Notes under the pieces: model-generated
Seen by the model: the letters and a program-made list of their open reading frames with translations, nothing else
Told to the model about the DNA's origin: nothing
Databases searched by the model: none
DNA from: Zancudomyces culisetae HAW-14-8
Taxonomy: Eukaryota; Fungi; Kickxellomycota
Length of the DNA: 64,000 bases
Direction: 5' to 3'
Assembly: GCA_052426225.1 (NCBI GenBank)
Contig: JBNJNM010000010.1
Location: forward strand, 434,001 to 498,000
Translations under genes and position numbers: made by a program
Shown here: positions 1 to 10,498 of the stretch, one piece after another
Numbering within the stretch: position 1 is the stretch's first letter
Layout of the letters: the number at the start of each line of letters is the position of its first letter

Positions 1-79
1 AACACATTTACTTTATTTAGGTTTCATTTTTATTTTCTTTTTGGTTGTGATATATTAGAGCCTTATGAATACTACTTAC

Positions 80-734
80 TATTCTTGACACTATCAGTGT
101 TTTATATGGATCCTCTGTAGCTTTGTCGTTCTCCATTGGACTCCCTATTTTTCCAAACATTGTTATCTCGTTTTAAACAATCTCAATACTAATTATATCA
201 CTCGATTCTCATATTAATACAAGTGATGAAGAAATTACCAAGTAAATGTACTTACATTCCTGTAACTGTCTTTCGAAGTTTTGCTTTACTTTTTCCTGCC
301 TTTCGTTATTCTAATATAGTCATCATCATAATGTTATTAGTTCTACCGCTGATGTTGTCATTACAAGAAAAAAAAAGTTTCACCCTGTATTATATTAATA
401 ATTCCAAACTCCAACTCCAACCCCAATCTAAACTCCTCGCTCATGCTAATCCTCATCCTCATCTGAATCGTTATTTTCACTTATTACAGGATCATTATAA
501 ACAAGCGGTAGGAAAATAAAATAAACTTACAATCCGCTCCTTTTTCTGTACGGGAACTTCGGTAGTTGGTAGTTCAGCTATTTCATTTTGTTTCAGAATC
601 GATAAATACTCGCTTATTCCCGAAACCTGTGGACCTTTCCGCTCGTTAAATGCTCGATCTATCGGTTCGATATGTGGCAATGGCGGTCTTGGTGCAAACA
701 AACTCTGCAAATCTGGTGGTAATTTTACCGACAT
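80..734 (-). CDS. SNP1: U1 snRNP 70 kDa protein (U1-70K), 5' part; continues past window start
   Basis: Exons 734-531, 310-256 and 144-80 with GTAAGT donors and TAG acceptors splice to MSVKLPPDLQSLFAPRPPL...ERQLQEWSPMENDKATEDPYKTLIVSRI. This matches the U1-70K N-terminus (LFAPRPPL) and the start of its RRM (DPYKTL). Confidence 0.93.
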
Positions 735-1229
735 TTATTCAATCTATTATTTGTTTTTTTTACTTTATATCTTTTTCAAAAAAAAAATAAAACAGAACAA
801 AAACCTAGAATTAAAGCGAAATGTGTATTATCAATTCGTTTTTTCATACACCCTTTTGCTTTGAAAATACAAAGTAGACTGTTATTGTTTTATTTTCTTT
901 ATTTTCTTTTGCTGATTCACAAAGTGCTGACTATTTCCTCATTTTTTTCGTATACACCAAAATCTAAATAATAATAAAATAAAAAAATTTTAAATAAATA
1001 TCAACCAACAGAATCATTAACCTCACAGGATTTACCTTGGTTTTTATTTAAAACTAAACTTTGTAAGGAAAAAGAAAAAGACTTATGTGGCAAAGCGCTA
1101 AGCTTTTTAATTTATAACTAATATATACATCTGGCGTACTAACAGGTTCATACTAATAACCTACTCACAGCTAGTTGAGGAGGAGAGTGAGGATAAGAAA
1201 ATTAAAAAAAACACCTTTCATAAACCCGC

Positions 1230-3422
1230 TTACTCAAAGGGCAGCCGCGATATGTAACGCTTGGAGGCTTTACCCATCCATCCTTTATGGTCATTAATCA
1301 ATCTATTCGTGTTTTCCGAACTCCTATGCTGTTGAATTCCAACCCTAGATGTACGTGTGGGTGTATCGGGTAAGGAATACTCTTTTGGATAAACATACCA
1401 ACCTGTGCCACCACCAACACCATTGTACTCCATGTGATTATCCCTATTGGTACTCCTCAAATCTTGAGGTGCAAAGATTATGCTTTGTTCTGGATAGCTT
1501 TCCATATCGTACATACCAGTGCTATATCTGGGAGCCATATCAACCATCTGGCTGCGATAATTTCTTTCTCTAGGCTTATATGCAGATTGAGCCAGAATGT
1601 GTTTGTAAAAGTTTAGTGTTGGGTCGCTTGTGCGATCAACGAACGCACTGTTGCTCCCAAGCGAGCCTACACGTGTTACTCGTGGTGTAGCATAACGTTC
1701 GTCATGAGTATGAGTATGACTATGGAACATACTGCCAGAATTGCTATTCTTACTATATCGATAATGAGCTGCTGGTACATCTGCTAGCAGTAATCTTGGT
1801 TCATTATTGTGCGGAGGTGAAAATCTCAACTCTCTTTGCTCTTTTTTGTGATCTGTTTCTCGTAATTTCCTTTTTTTGTACGCAAGATACGTCTCCTCAT
1901 TAGTATTTTTTCCGTGGCTCAACGATCTATAACTTTGTCCACTGTTTTTTGCTGTTTTAGCGCAAAATTCCAAGGTTTGCTTTTTCTTGCTGTTTTCATC
2001 ATGTAACAAAAGTTGCTCGTCTTTTCTTTTTATTCCCCTCCGATGATAAACTTCGCTCCTATCTTTGACTTTAGTCAAAGGTAAAGAGTGTCTGTATTTA
2101 GCCATACCATTGTCAATATCAAAAAACCTGTTACTTGATGAACTAGGGATTGAATTCTTATTCATAACGTATGGCAACCCACGCTTGAAATCTGTCTTTA
2201 AAACGGATACATCGACATTATTATTCTCTTGCGGTGTATATGGAGTCAATCCGCGTACTATTTCCAGTTCATTTGCGTGACATTTTGAGGGTAGATAATC
2301 TAATCTGTCGACACTATGTGTGCTCTCACCTACTTGTCTGTATCTATCGCTGGCTTTCAACGGATATGACGTTGTACTTTTCCGCCGCTTTTCATAAGAT
2401 TTATCAGCTGGCTTTGATGAGGGAAATTCCAATAATCTACCTCTAACAGGCATTGATTCGGTTTTACTGAGTAGATTTATACCAGAACCAGAACCAGAAC
2501 CAAACCCACAATCATACTGGTCTTCATTATACTTGTGATCGTTCAAACCCTGCACGCTGTTTAGTGGCTTTAATGTCGTGTTTCCTGAATATTCCAAATG
2601 TCTTTCAAAATCCTCTCTGCTTCCCTTTCCATTGGTTTTTGCCAAAGGATTGTTACCAAAATTAGAATGTATAACATTTGACAACTGTAAATAGTTTTTA
2701 TGGTTGTTCACAAAATAATTTTTAACTTGTGATAAAATAAAGTACAAATCCTCCTTAGTAACAGTATCACCCCCTTTGCTATTTCTAAACATGTTTTCTC
2801 TACTCATATCTTTATTTACTTTATGTTGGTCCAAGCTTCCTGATGGTGTATCCGAATCAGTTAAAATTATATATTTTTTGTCTTTGTTCTTGAGTTGATC
2901 ATTATTTTCATTTTGGTCTTCCTCTTGGTAATTCTGTTGTATTCCAGCAACAGTATTTTCTGCTTCAACTCTGTTGGATATGTCCAATTCATCAGTAACA
3001 TCATCACTTATTGTTTTATCAACCTGTACCCCAGTTATTTGATTATTGTTTTTTTCTTCATCGCTCAAATCGCCCAAATCTATTTCCTCGTCGTCAGTAA
3101 AATCCCGATCAAATTTGACATATATTTCTTGTAAATTATTGTTTAGCCTACAAAGGCTCTTGTATCTGAGGACATTCAGATCAAAATCTTCATTTCCGTC
3201 CTCATTCTCATTCCTATTCTTGTCGCTTTTTCCATCTTCTTTTTCGTCAAATTCTTTTTCGGCTACCTGTGCTGTAAATTCGCTTCTACCGCTTTGCTCC
3301 TTCCGTTGATGGTTATCTTTACTTTTATTAATGTCAGTATGGTTGTCCTCGAGAACAAAACAGAAATCCAATGAATCCTCCGTTTCGTTCCCTGTAATAT
3401 AACCGCTACGTTCCTGTTTCAT
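1230..3422 (-). CDS. 730-aa mostly disordered protein with an N-terminal Scm3/HJURP-like (CENP-A chaperone) motif
   Basis: Single long ORF. The segment LNVLRYKSLCRLNNNLQEIYVKFDRDFTDDEEIDL resembles the Scm3 domain (R..S..RL...f..I..Ky..df...deiDL); the rest is low complexity. Confidence 0.6.
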   Translation of the reverse strand: MKQERSGYITGNETEDSLDFCFVLEDNHTDINKSKDNHQRKEQSGRSEFTAQVAEKEFDEKEDGKSDKNRNENEDGNEDFDLNVLRYKSLCRLNNNLQEIYVKFDRDFTDDEEIDLGDLSDEEKNNNQITGVQVDKTISDDVTDELDISNRVEAENTVAGIQQNYQEEDQNENNDQLKNKDKKYIILTDSDTPSGSLDQHKVNKDMSRENMFRNSKGGDTVTKEDLYFILSQVKNYFVNNHKNYLQLSNVIHSNFGNNPLAKTNGKGSREDFERHLEYSGNTTLKPLNSVQGLNDHKYNEDQYDCGFGSGSGSGINLLSKTESMPVRGRLLEFPSSKPADKSYEKRRKSTTSYPLKASDRYRQVGESTHSVDRLDYLPSKCHANELEIVRGLTPYTPQENNNVDVSVLKTDFKRGLPYVMNKNSIPSSSSNRFFDIDNGMAKYRHSLPLTKVKDRSEVYHRRGIKRKDEQLLLHDENSKKKQTLEFCAKTAKNSGQSYRSLSHGKNTNEETYLAYKKRKLRETDHKKEQRELRFSPPHNNEPRLLLADVPAAHYRYSKNSNSGSMFHSHTHTHDERYATPRVTRVGSLGSNSAFVDRTSDPTLNFYKHILAQSAYKPRERNYRSQMVDMAPRYSTGMYDMESYPEQSIIFAPQDLRSTNRDNHMEYNGVGGGTGWYVYPKEYSLPDTPTRTSRVGIQQHRSSENTNRLINDHKGWMGKASKRYISRLPFE

Positions 3423-3815
3423 TTTTTTCTGTGCTATACTATTTATTTTTTTACTTTATGGGTCTTATTGGCTTACAAACATTTCCATTTAGTCGAAGGC
3501 ATAATATGCTCTTGCTAAATTCAAATCCTGATTCTTGAAGTCCCTTTGATAAATTAGCCAAAAATACAACCTCTCTCAACATGCAGCTACAAATGTGATG
3601 TGACACTGTTTTTTTGTCAAACTTTTCATTCTCAACCTTGTTATTCCTCCCTCTCTCCACTTCCTATTTCAGCTCTTTCAACACTTTTTTTTTGCGACTC
3701 CAAATCGCTTAATCATGACAGTCATTGGCTGTTTTTCAACACCAAAGTTGCTTTTTTGTTGTTTATTTTTTTTCAGTGGGCAAATGGTGTTTATTTTTTG
3801 TGAAATGTAAACAAA

Positions 3816-3853
3816 TTCGCGAAACTAATACTCACCCAATTAATATTTTCGCG
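3816..3853. promoter_or_regulatory. Two CGCGAAA (SCB/E2F-like) sites upstream of the Scm3-like gene
   Basis: TTCGCGAAA at 3816-3824 and TTTCGCG at 3847-3853, about 400 bp upstream of the ATG at 3422. CGCG is uncommon in this AT-rich DNA. Confidence 0.35.
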
Positions 3854-6800
3854 TCACATTCGTTTTTCTTTACTAAAAATATGTATCAAGCCGATCATCC
3901 ATCCCAACTGTCTCCTTATACCCGAAATGGAGAAAATTATACAGTTTTTACTTTACTAAATCTAAAACTCTATAAAAGGCGAGCCCAATATCAATATATA
4001 CTGAACCAGTGTTTGTAGGTCAACAACAACGGGACTTGGACTATTAAACTACCTGCTGACAGTGTCTTAACACTGCTCGGTCATTCTTTCCTAACCTATA
4101 CTCTTTCAGTCCCCTTTTTTAGATACGCTCTCCCTTTTAGAGGTTGAATTTAGCTTTGCACTGATTTCTCCATTGAAAACATACACTGAGATTCTGCTTT
4201 TTTGTCATTATACTTACACAACTCACACTCGACCGCACAGATTTATTTCCAAATGTGTGCCACTAAGTTTGTTTTTCACTTCTATTCTTCAAAAAAAAAG
4301 TTGTGATAATATCTAGTGATTTGAAAAACAAAGTTTGGGGTTGCCATAGTTAGTCTGTCCTTGCAACTGTACAATGCTGTTAACACAAATATTAGCAACA
4401 TTGCCCCACAGATGTACATGTATCAAAATAGTTCAATCTGTAGCACCGTACAATTTTTGATATTTTCCCAGTTCGTTTTTGTCTAAGTAGTACATATTAC
4501 TGGACACATAGTGTCGACTCTACCTGTTCCTAGATAATAAGCTGGGGCTTCTGTGTTCAGTGTTCTTGAAAAAATGTGTTTTAGCTTCAATCACTAGATG
4601 TTGAGCCCGTTCACTCGTTACACGGTTAATAATCATGGTAACATCTAAAAGTATGTAACATTGAATTAAATATTACAACCATTATTAAAACCCGAGTACT
4701 ATCATTGTGGCAGCTTTGATTTACTTGCATCCTTTTTATTTGGGAAAAGCTTGTCGCAAGAGAATTAACATAAATAAATGAAATATCAAGAAAAAACATA
4801 GCTATTGAGTCTAGAAAAATAGCTGACTCCTGGTTAGAGAATTTCAGTTTATACCATCATCTTTCAAAATGTGTTGCGGAAAACTACACAGAATCTTGCA
4901 ATAGCCTTTCCACAAGTACTCCAGTTGATCAGTAATGTTGATTGCAAATAGTCATGCTGCATTGATATATCCAATAGGGTACGCTTATGTGAAAAGTGCA
5001 CTCTTTCTGCTTTGCTACGGAGATTAGTCCACCATTGATCTGCTTTGCCAAAACCCACGAGCTTTGTAACTACACTGAGGTGCAGCGACACAAATTATAA
5101 CATTAACTATTTTGTTTAAATTGAACAAAGTAAGTGGTAAAAAGTTGTTTCCATGGTTACATTCATTCTTTTACGTTAATTGCAAACCCTGTATTACTCT
5201 ATCTTTGTTGCATTCTATCCCTCTATCCCTCTATCCCCTTTCCTATCAATGGTATAATTTACAAAGTCTGATTGTTTAGAATCAAAACCAACTCAACATA
5301 CTTTGTGCACTAGATAAAGCCTGCAAAATAATCCTCTCAAATAAAGATAAACTAGATTGCCTTGATGCCTCGAGTTTTGGTTGGGCTGATATTAGCTGTT
5401 ATTTTTCTTTTATCCAATTTGAGATTTCATGCTTATACCAATGACCTTTTTATGGTTTTTTTGGGGGGAGAGACTTTTTTGGGTTTTTCTTTACAAATGG
5501 CACTAATCATAGTTTTTTTTTTTGATATCATAACGTAACAGACTGTTTTTCTTTATTTATTATAAAATGGGTAAGTTTAAATTTCTCAGTGGAAAACAAA
5601 ACTGGACTTAAAAGGTGCTATTCAAATCCGTAAGTTCTTTGGGGGAAAAAATCACCTGTCCTAACCTTCTTTGCTTTCTTTTGAGCAAGCTATACGAATT
5701 AGCAAATACATGATTTTCAAGTAAAAAAACAAAAGGCAATATTTACGATCACACACTGACATATTAGATCTAAATGTAACTATTTTTACAAATCGAAAAT
5801 ATTTTATTATAGTTTCCATTTGCTGCGTTGTAAACAGCCTGTTCCTTTACGATTCTCATCACCCATTAGTTTATCATTGTAGAAAATTTAATATATTGAA
5901 CTATGATAAATAAACTAACCCGATTCGGCAAGTTTCATAAATTGACTTTAAACAACCACATCAAGTTGAAAATAAATGAAGATACATTAACACAGTTTAC
6001 AAAAATCTTCCCAGAGGAAAAAACGCTATTTGGTAGACGTATAGCTATGGTGTAAAGAAAATGACATGATTTTGCATTGTTGCACTTTTGAAAACCTCCG
6101 CGATTTATGCAGCTTACACACATTCAAGAGCGATCATGGTGGACTGTACATACTGTCTGCACTAGCAAAAACTGCTGTGTGTTACACTCTGCTCAATATC
6201 ACTATTTTTTGCTATATTAGTTTCAATTTATTTGCTAAGTGTTGGCTATAAACCTGTAAAAGCTTAATGCACCCTATCATAATACGGACAGTAAAAATGC
6301 TGGGACCTTGGAAGAATACCAGAATAAAGTTGAATGTAACAAAATTCAATTTCGTTATTTGATACCCAAATAAATGAAGTCACTCGGTGTTATCATAGTG
6401 TGATGATAACAAATTGGTGTTCATTCTTGCGAATGTCGTGTTTAGACACACCATGCTGTAAACATCCTCACATTTATGTGAAAGGTTAGTTAGGCCTGTT
6501 TAATTTTATTATTTTGTTTTGTGCTTGCTTTATTATAGCTTCTCAAAGCTTTTTTTAGCCAATATCAACATTGGGTGTGAATCGGATATTAGCATACACT
6601 TGTGATCCGTACCAACACCTTGCAAAATTTCTACACATGATTTGTATGCACAAATAGTTTCTAGTGGGTACATGCATGGTAGACTATTTTTATATACATC
6701 GGTTCTTTATGTATGGCATATGTGGAAACCCGGAAGCAAGCTTTTACAGATTCCGAGATATGTGCTTACAAATCAAAATATACACCTCTTTCTATTTTTA

Positions 6801-9409
6801 GTGGCTTTTTCAAACTGCATTCTCGAAGGAAAAATATTTGCTAACTAGTTAATTTATAGTTTGTCTGTGTGGGCTAAGACTATACATAGCCTGAAGCCAT
6901 AGCCATTCTAACATTGAACTTTAGGGATATATTCATGTAAATGCTGTTTCTGATTATATCAAAAATTCAACTTTGCTAAATCGAACACTGCTTTTTTCTG
7001 ATTAATTTATAAATAGATACTATTACACTGTAATTTATCATTATTTTTAACACTGATGACTAACAATAATTTAGATATACAATTTTCTACATGAGTCAAT
7101 AGCTAAATTGCAGTATATGAAAATCAAAATAGAGCCATCGTTCACCTGAAAGCTACTTTTGGAGGTCCAATGTATCAATCCCTAGGATGACACCTAATCA
7201 ACAGGGTAGTAAAAAAATATATTCTAGAACATAAGGGTATAATGTATAGAAAACTAATATTCTAAACCAACCTATAATATCACTTTTTTGCTAACTCTAC
7301 AATACTTGGGCAAGAATGGATAAGCGTCAATATAAACATTATTATCTGAATCGCCAAAGTGTATGGCTCCTGTGCAAGTAAGGGATGACAGAACCTCATT
7401 ATTGTTTTCAGGCTTTCTTCTCATATACTCCGTCTAGATATCAGGCTTTACACCTGTATCAGTGCCAAAAACAACTTTTCTTCTAAAAATAAAATAAAAT
7501 AATCATTCTTTTTTCGTTCTATGTTTCAAAGCTCATTAAGCAACATTTTCCTTTTTGAAAAAAAGCATTTAAATAATTTATTTGAAATATTTGCGCAAAG
7601 GCAGGCAATTGGTTCCACGCTGATTATCATTAAAGAGAATACACCGATTCATTTTTGCATATTTTTCCGATACAGCCATTTAATACTTTTTTTTTGATGA
7701 TTAAACAAAGGTAATTCCGATAATACCAATTGCCAGTTAAAATAGGAACTCTTGAAAAGCGTTAGAATAGCAAATGAAGCCATAAGGATAATGGATTTAG
7801 CCAACTTCTCTACCGTCTTTTTGAGTTGTTTAAGTATTGCTCTATACAGCTTGTAATTCCTATAAATAAAATATTCTTTATATTTGGAAACAACGCGCTA
7901 ATAACAGAACGACTTTATATAGTTTGCTAGCTTGAAAAAATATATGTGGAAATGTAATGGTTTATAGGAAAATGTATTATGATTATAACGTACACTAGTA
8001 CCAAGCACGCATCTTATTTTTTAGTAATAGAAAAAGATTTTGTAGCCTTTCAAGCGAAAAATTGTAATATTATGTTGGTAAAAGTTTAGCGATTTATTTA
8101 ATAAAGTTAAAGTGCAAAAATAAGTTGCATATGGCATAAGGAAATAAACAAAAAGCTCGCACTGGTAATCTTTTGCCTCGACCATGCTACGCTAAGCGGA
8201 TTTGTATTTATTAAGATATGTATCTGAATAGGCATGGTGACGTATCACCATTGATACTTATAGGATTATCGAGTCTAGATATGTGAAAATCTGAGAAGCC
8301 ATAGTTTTTTTTTTGAGTAGAATTCGAACTTTTTGAACAATTATGTTTTTGTTTATACTTTTACTTATCTTTTGCTGATAAATAGCATGAGCATTGCCTA
8401 CAAGACAACAATTTAAATAGTTCAATCTTGAACAAGTGATCACCCAATAATTCCATCCAATAGGTGTCTGCTGCCTTACCAAAAAGTCAACAAATGACCC
8501 TGATTATAAAAAGAATCAATATGTTTTCCGAGTATATGACGTTTGAGTTTTAAAACTTTTGCAACAAAATTATAGTAAAATTTTCATTTTGCACACTAAA
8601 GAGTTTTTGGCCAATAATCAAAAGGCATGTAACGATAGTAACAAAATGACTGTAATTGCCACGCATTTTCAATAAATTTGCACGATCATTTCTGTAAAAC
8701 TAATCGAGCAGAAAAAAACACAAAATAGTTAGATAATAAGATACATTATTCTCAATATCTGTTGGATAAGCCAATTTAATTTATAAATCGCGTTGATTTA
8801 AAAAAAGCGATGTTTTATAAACGGAACAAAGTTTGATAAAAAGGAGCTGCTTCTCGCTTTTCTTCCCAGTTGGCTAATTGTACGCAGTAACTCACTATTG
8901 CTGCCGGATTACGTAAAAATGCTTTTTATGGTTTAATTATAAAAATATTGATAAAAATACAAAGATTGTGCTTTATTGAAACAAGGGCTACCACACGATG
9001 AACGATTATGACTAAACTCAAGCGGGCTATTTATGGATTATTAAGAGTATGATGTAAATTTTTTTCTTTATAAGCACTCCATTGACCGGTATTATTTTTT
9101 TTTTCGTCGAAAAGTATATATGCAAGAAAATACAACCAAGCCTGCAGTTATTAATAAAAATAGTTTTATTCTAACTATATAATAGTTCAAGGGATTCTAC
9201 GTGCATATAATTCTTTTAAGGTAAAATTCGCGATTATGCAAATTTGTACAAATGGGTATTCATTTTCTAACTCTGGTTTATGTTTTTACAAATAGAAAGT
9301 GGTAGCGATTAAGAATGATTAACAGAAGTCTCCTGTAAAAATATAAACAAAAAAAATTCTTTCTCAACCTAAATGACAAACCAAATATTAAAACAAACTA
9401 TTAAATGTC

Positions 9410-10498
9410 ATGTCCTCGATTACTCTCAAAGCAAGAACATTTGAAAACAGTTCGAATGGAAAAACTGCGGATTTAAAAATGCAGAAACAACTAACACAAT
9501 CTAACATTAATGGAAATTATATCGATGCAACTAGAAAAATAAAAGTATTTTTGGATGCAGGTGCAAATATTAACCATATAAAAAATACAGATCGAATACT
9601 GGCTAACGACACAATAGCAATTCTAGATTCGTCAATATGTTTAGCGCACTTTTTTCTATCGCTTATATACGATTATAGCCCCGAATCTCTGCTATTTTAT
9701 TTGGAGGCCAAATCATATAGCTCTAGAACCGATATGTCAAACAAAACTCTTAAATCATATGCACGCTTAATTTGGTCTGCATTTGTCTGCAGAGCGGCTG
9801 TACTGGAGATAAACATCACTTCAACAATGAGAAGCAAGATATTTGAAGATTTAAGCAGAGAAACTGTTTCCCCTGGTATCTTTCAGAAGGCACAATCACA
9901 TTCATACAGACTTTTAGAGTCTGCACTTATAAATTTTATTCAGAAGCCGGTTTACCAACATATGCTTGAAGACGTTGTTGAGCTGGCCAAATATCCTGGA
10001 AGACGGGAGCAGCTCCTAATTAACATTACTGCAAAGATTACAATAGCTTTATGGAAAACTTATGGCGTTCGAGTATTATCAAAATCAAGAAAGCTGGATG
10101 TTGAAACTATCATGGGAAATGAGCGAGATTTTACATCATCCGATCTGCGTACCTCACTTGAAGCTTGGGCCCAGCGCTTTGCATTTACACACCTACAGAT
10201 GCCACTTCCTACATACGATTCTGCGGCAGTTACTCTCGGATTTTCAATGCTGGATACCCACAAACAGAAAACCTCTCCTGCATCGTTAAATCTTAGAGGA
10301 AGTGAACCCTATTTGGGCTCTTCCGTTTTTGCCACTACAGAAACACTTACTATTCCTACGCATAAAATAGATGGAAGCACTGAGCAGTGCGAAAAAAATG
10401 AAAAAAAGAATACGGATGAAAGTGGCGGAAAATGGTTTAAAAAGGCTTCTATTCCATTTGGAAGTAGGTGGCTAAACAGATTCAGCAAAAAATCTTGA
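9410..10498 (+). CDS. RGS (regulator of G-protein signalling) domain protein
   Basis: RGS-fold motifs F...L..dyS.EsLlFyl, IWSAFV....lEINI...R, and iF..AQ...y.Ll...F.....Y. The true start may be the ATG at 9479. Confidence 0.85.
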   Translation: MSSITLKARTFENSSNGKTADLKMQKQLTQSNINGNYIDATRKIKVFLDAGANINHIKNTDRILANDTIAILDSSICLAHFFLSLIYDYSPESLLFYLEAKSYSSRTDMSNKTLKSYARLIWSAFVCRAAVLEINITSTMRSKIFEDLSRETVSPGIFQKAQSHSYRLLESALINFIQKPVYQHMLEDVVELAKYPGRREQLLINITAKITIALWKTYGVRVLSKSRKLDVETIMGNERDFTSSDLRTSLEAWAQRFAFTHLQMPLPTYDSAAVTLGFSMLDTHKQKTSPASLNLRGSEPYLGSSVFATTETLTIPTHKIDGSTEQCEKNEKKNTDESGGKWFKKASIPFGSRWLNRFSKKS

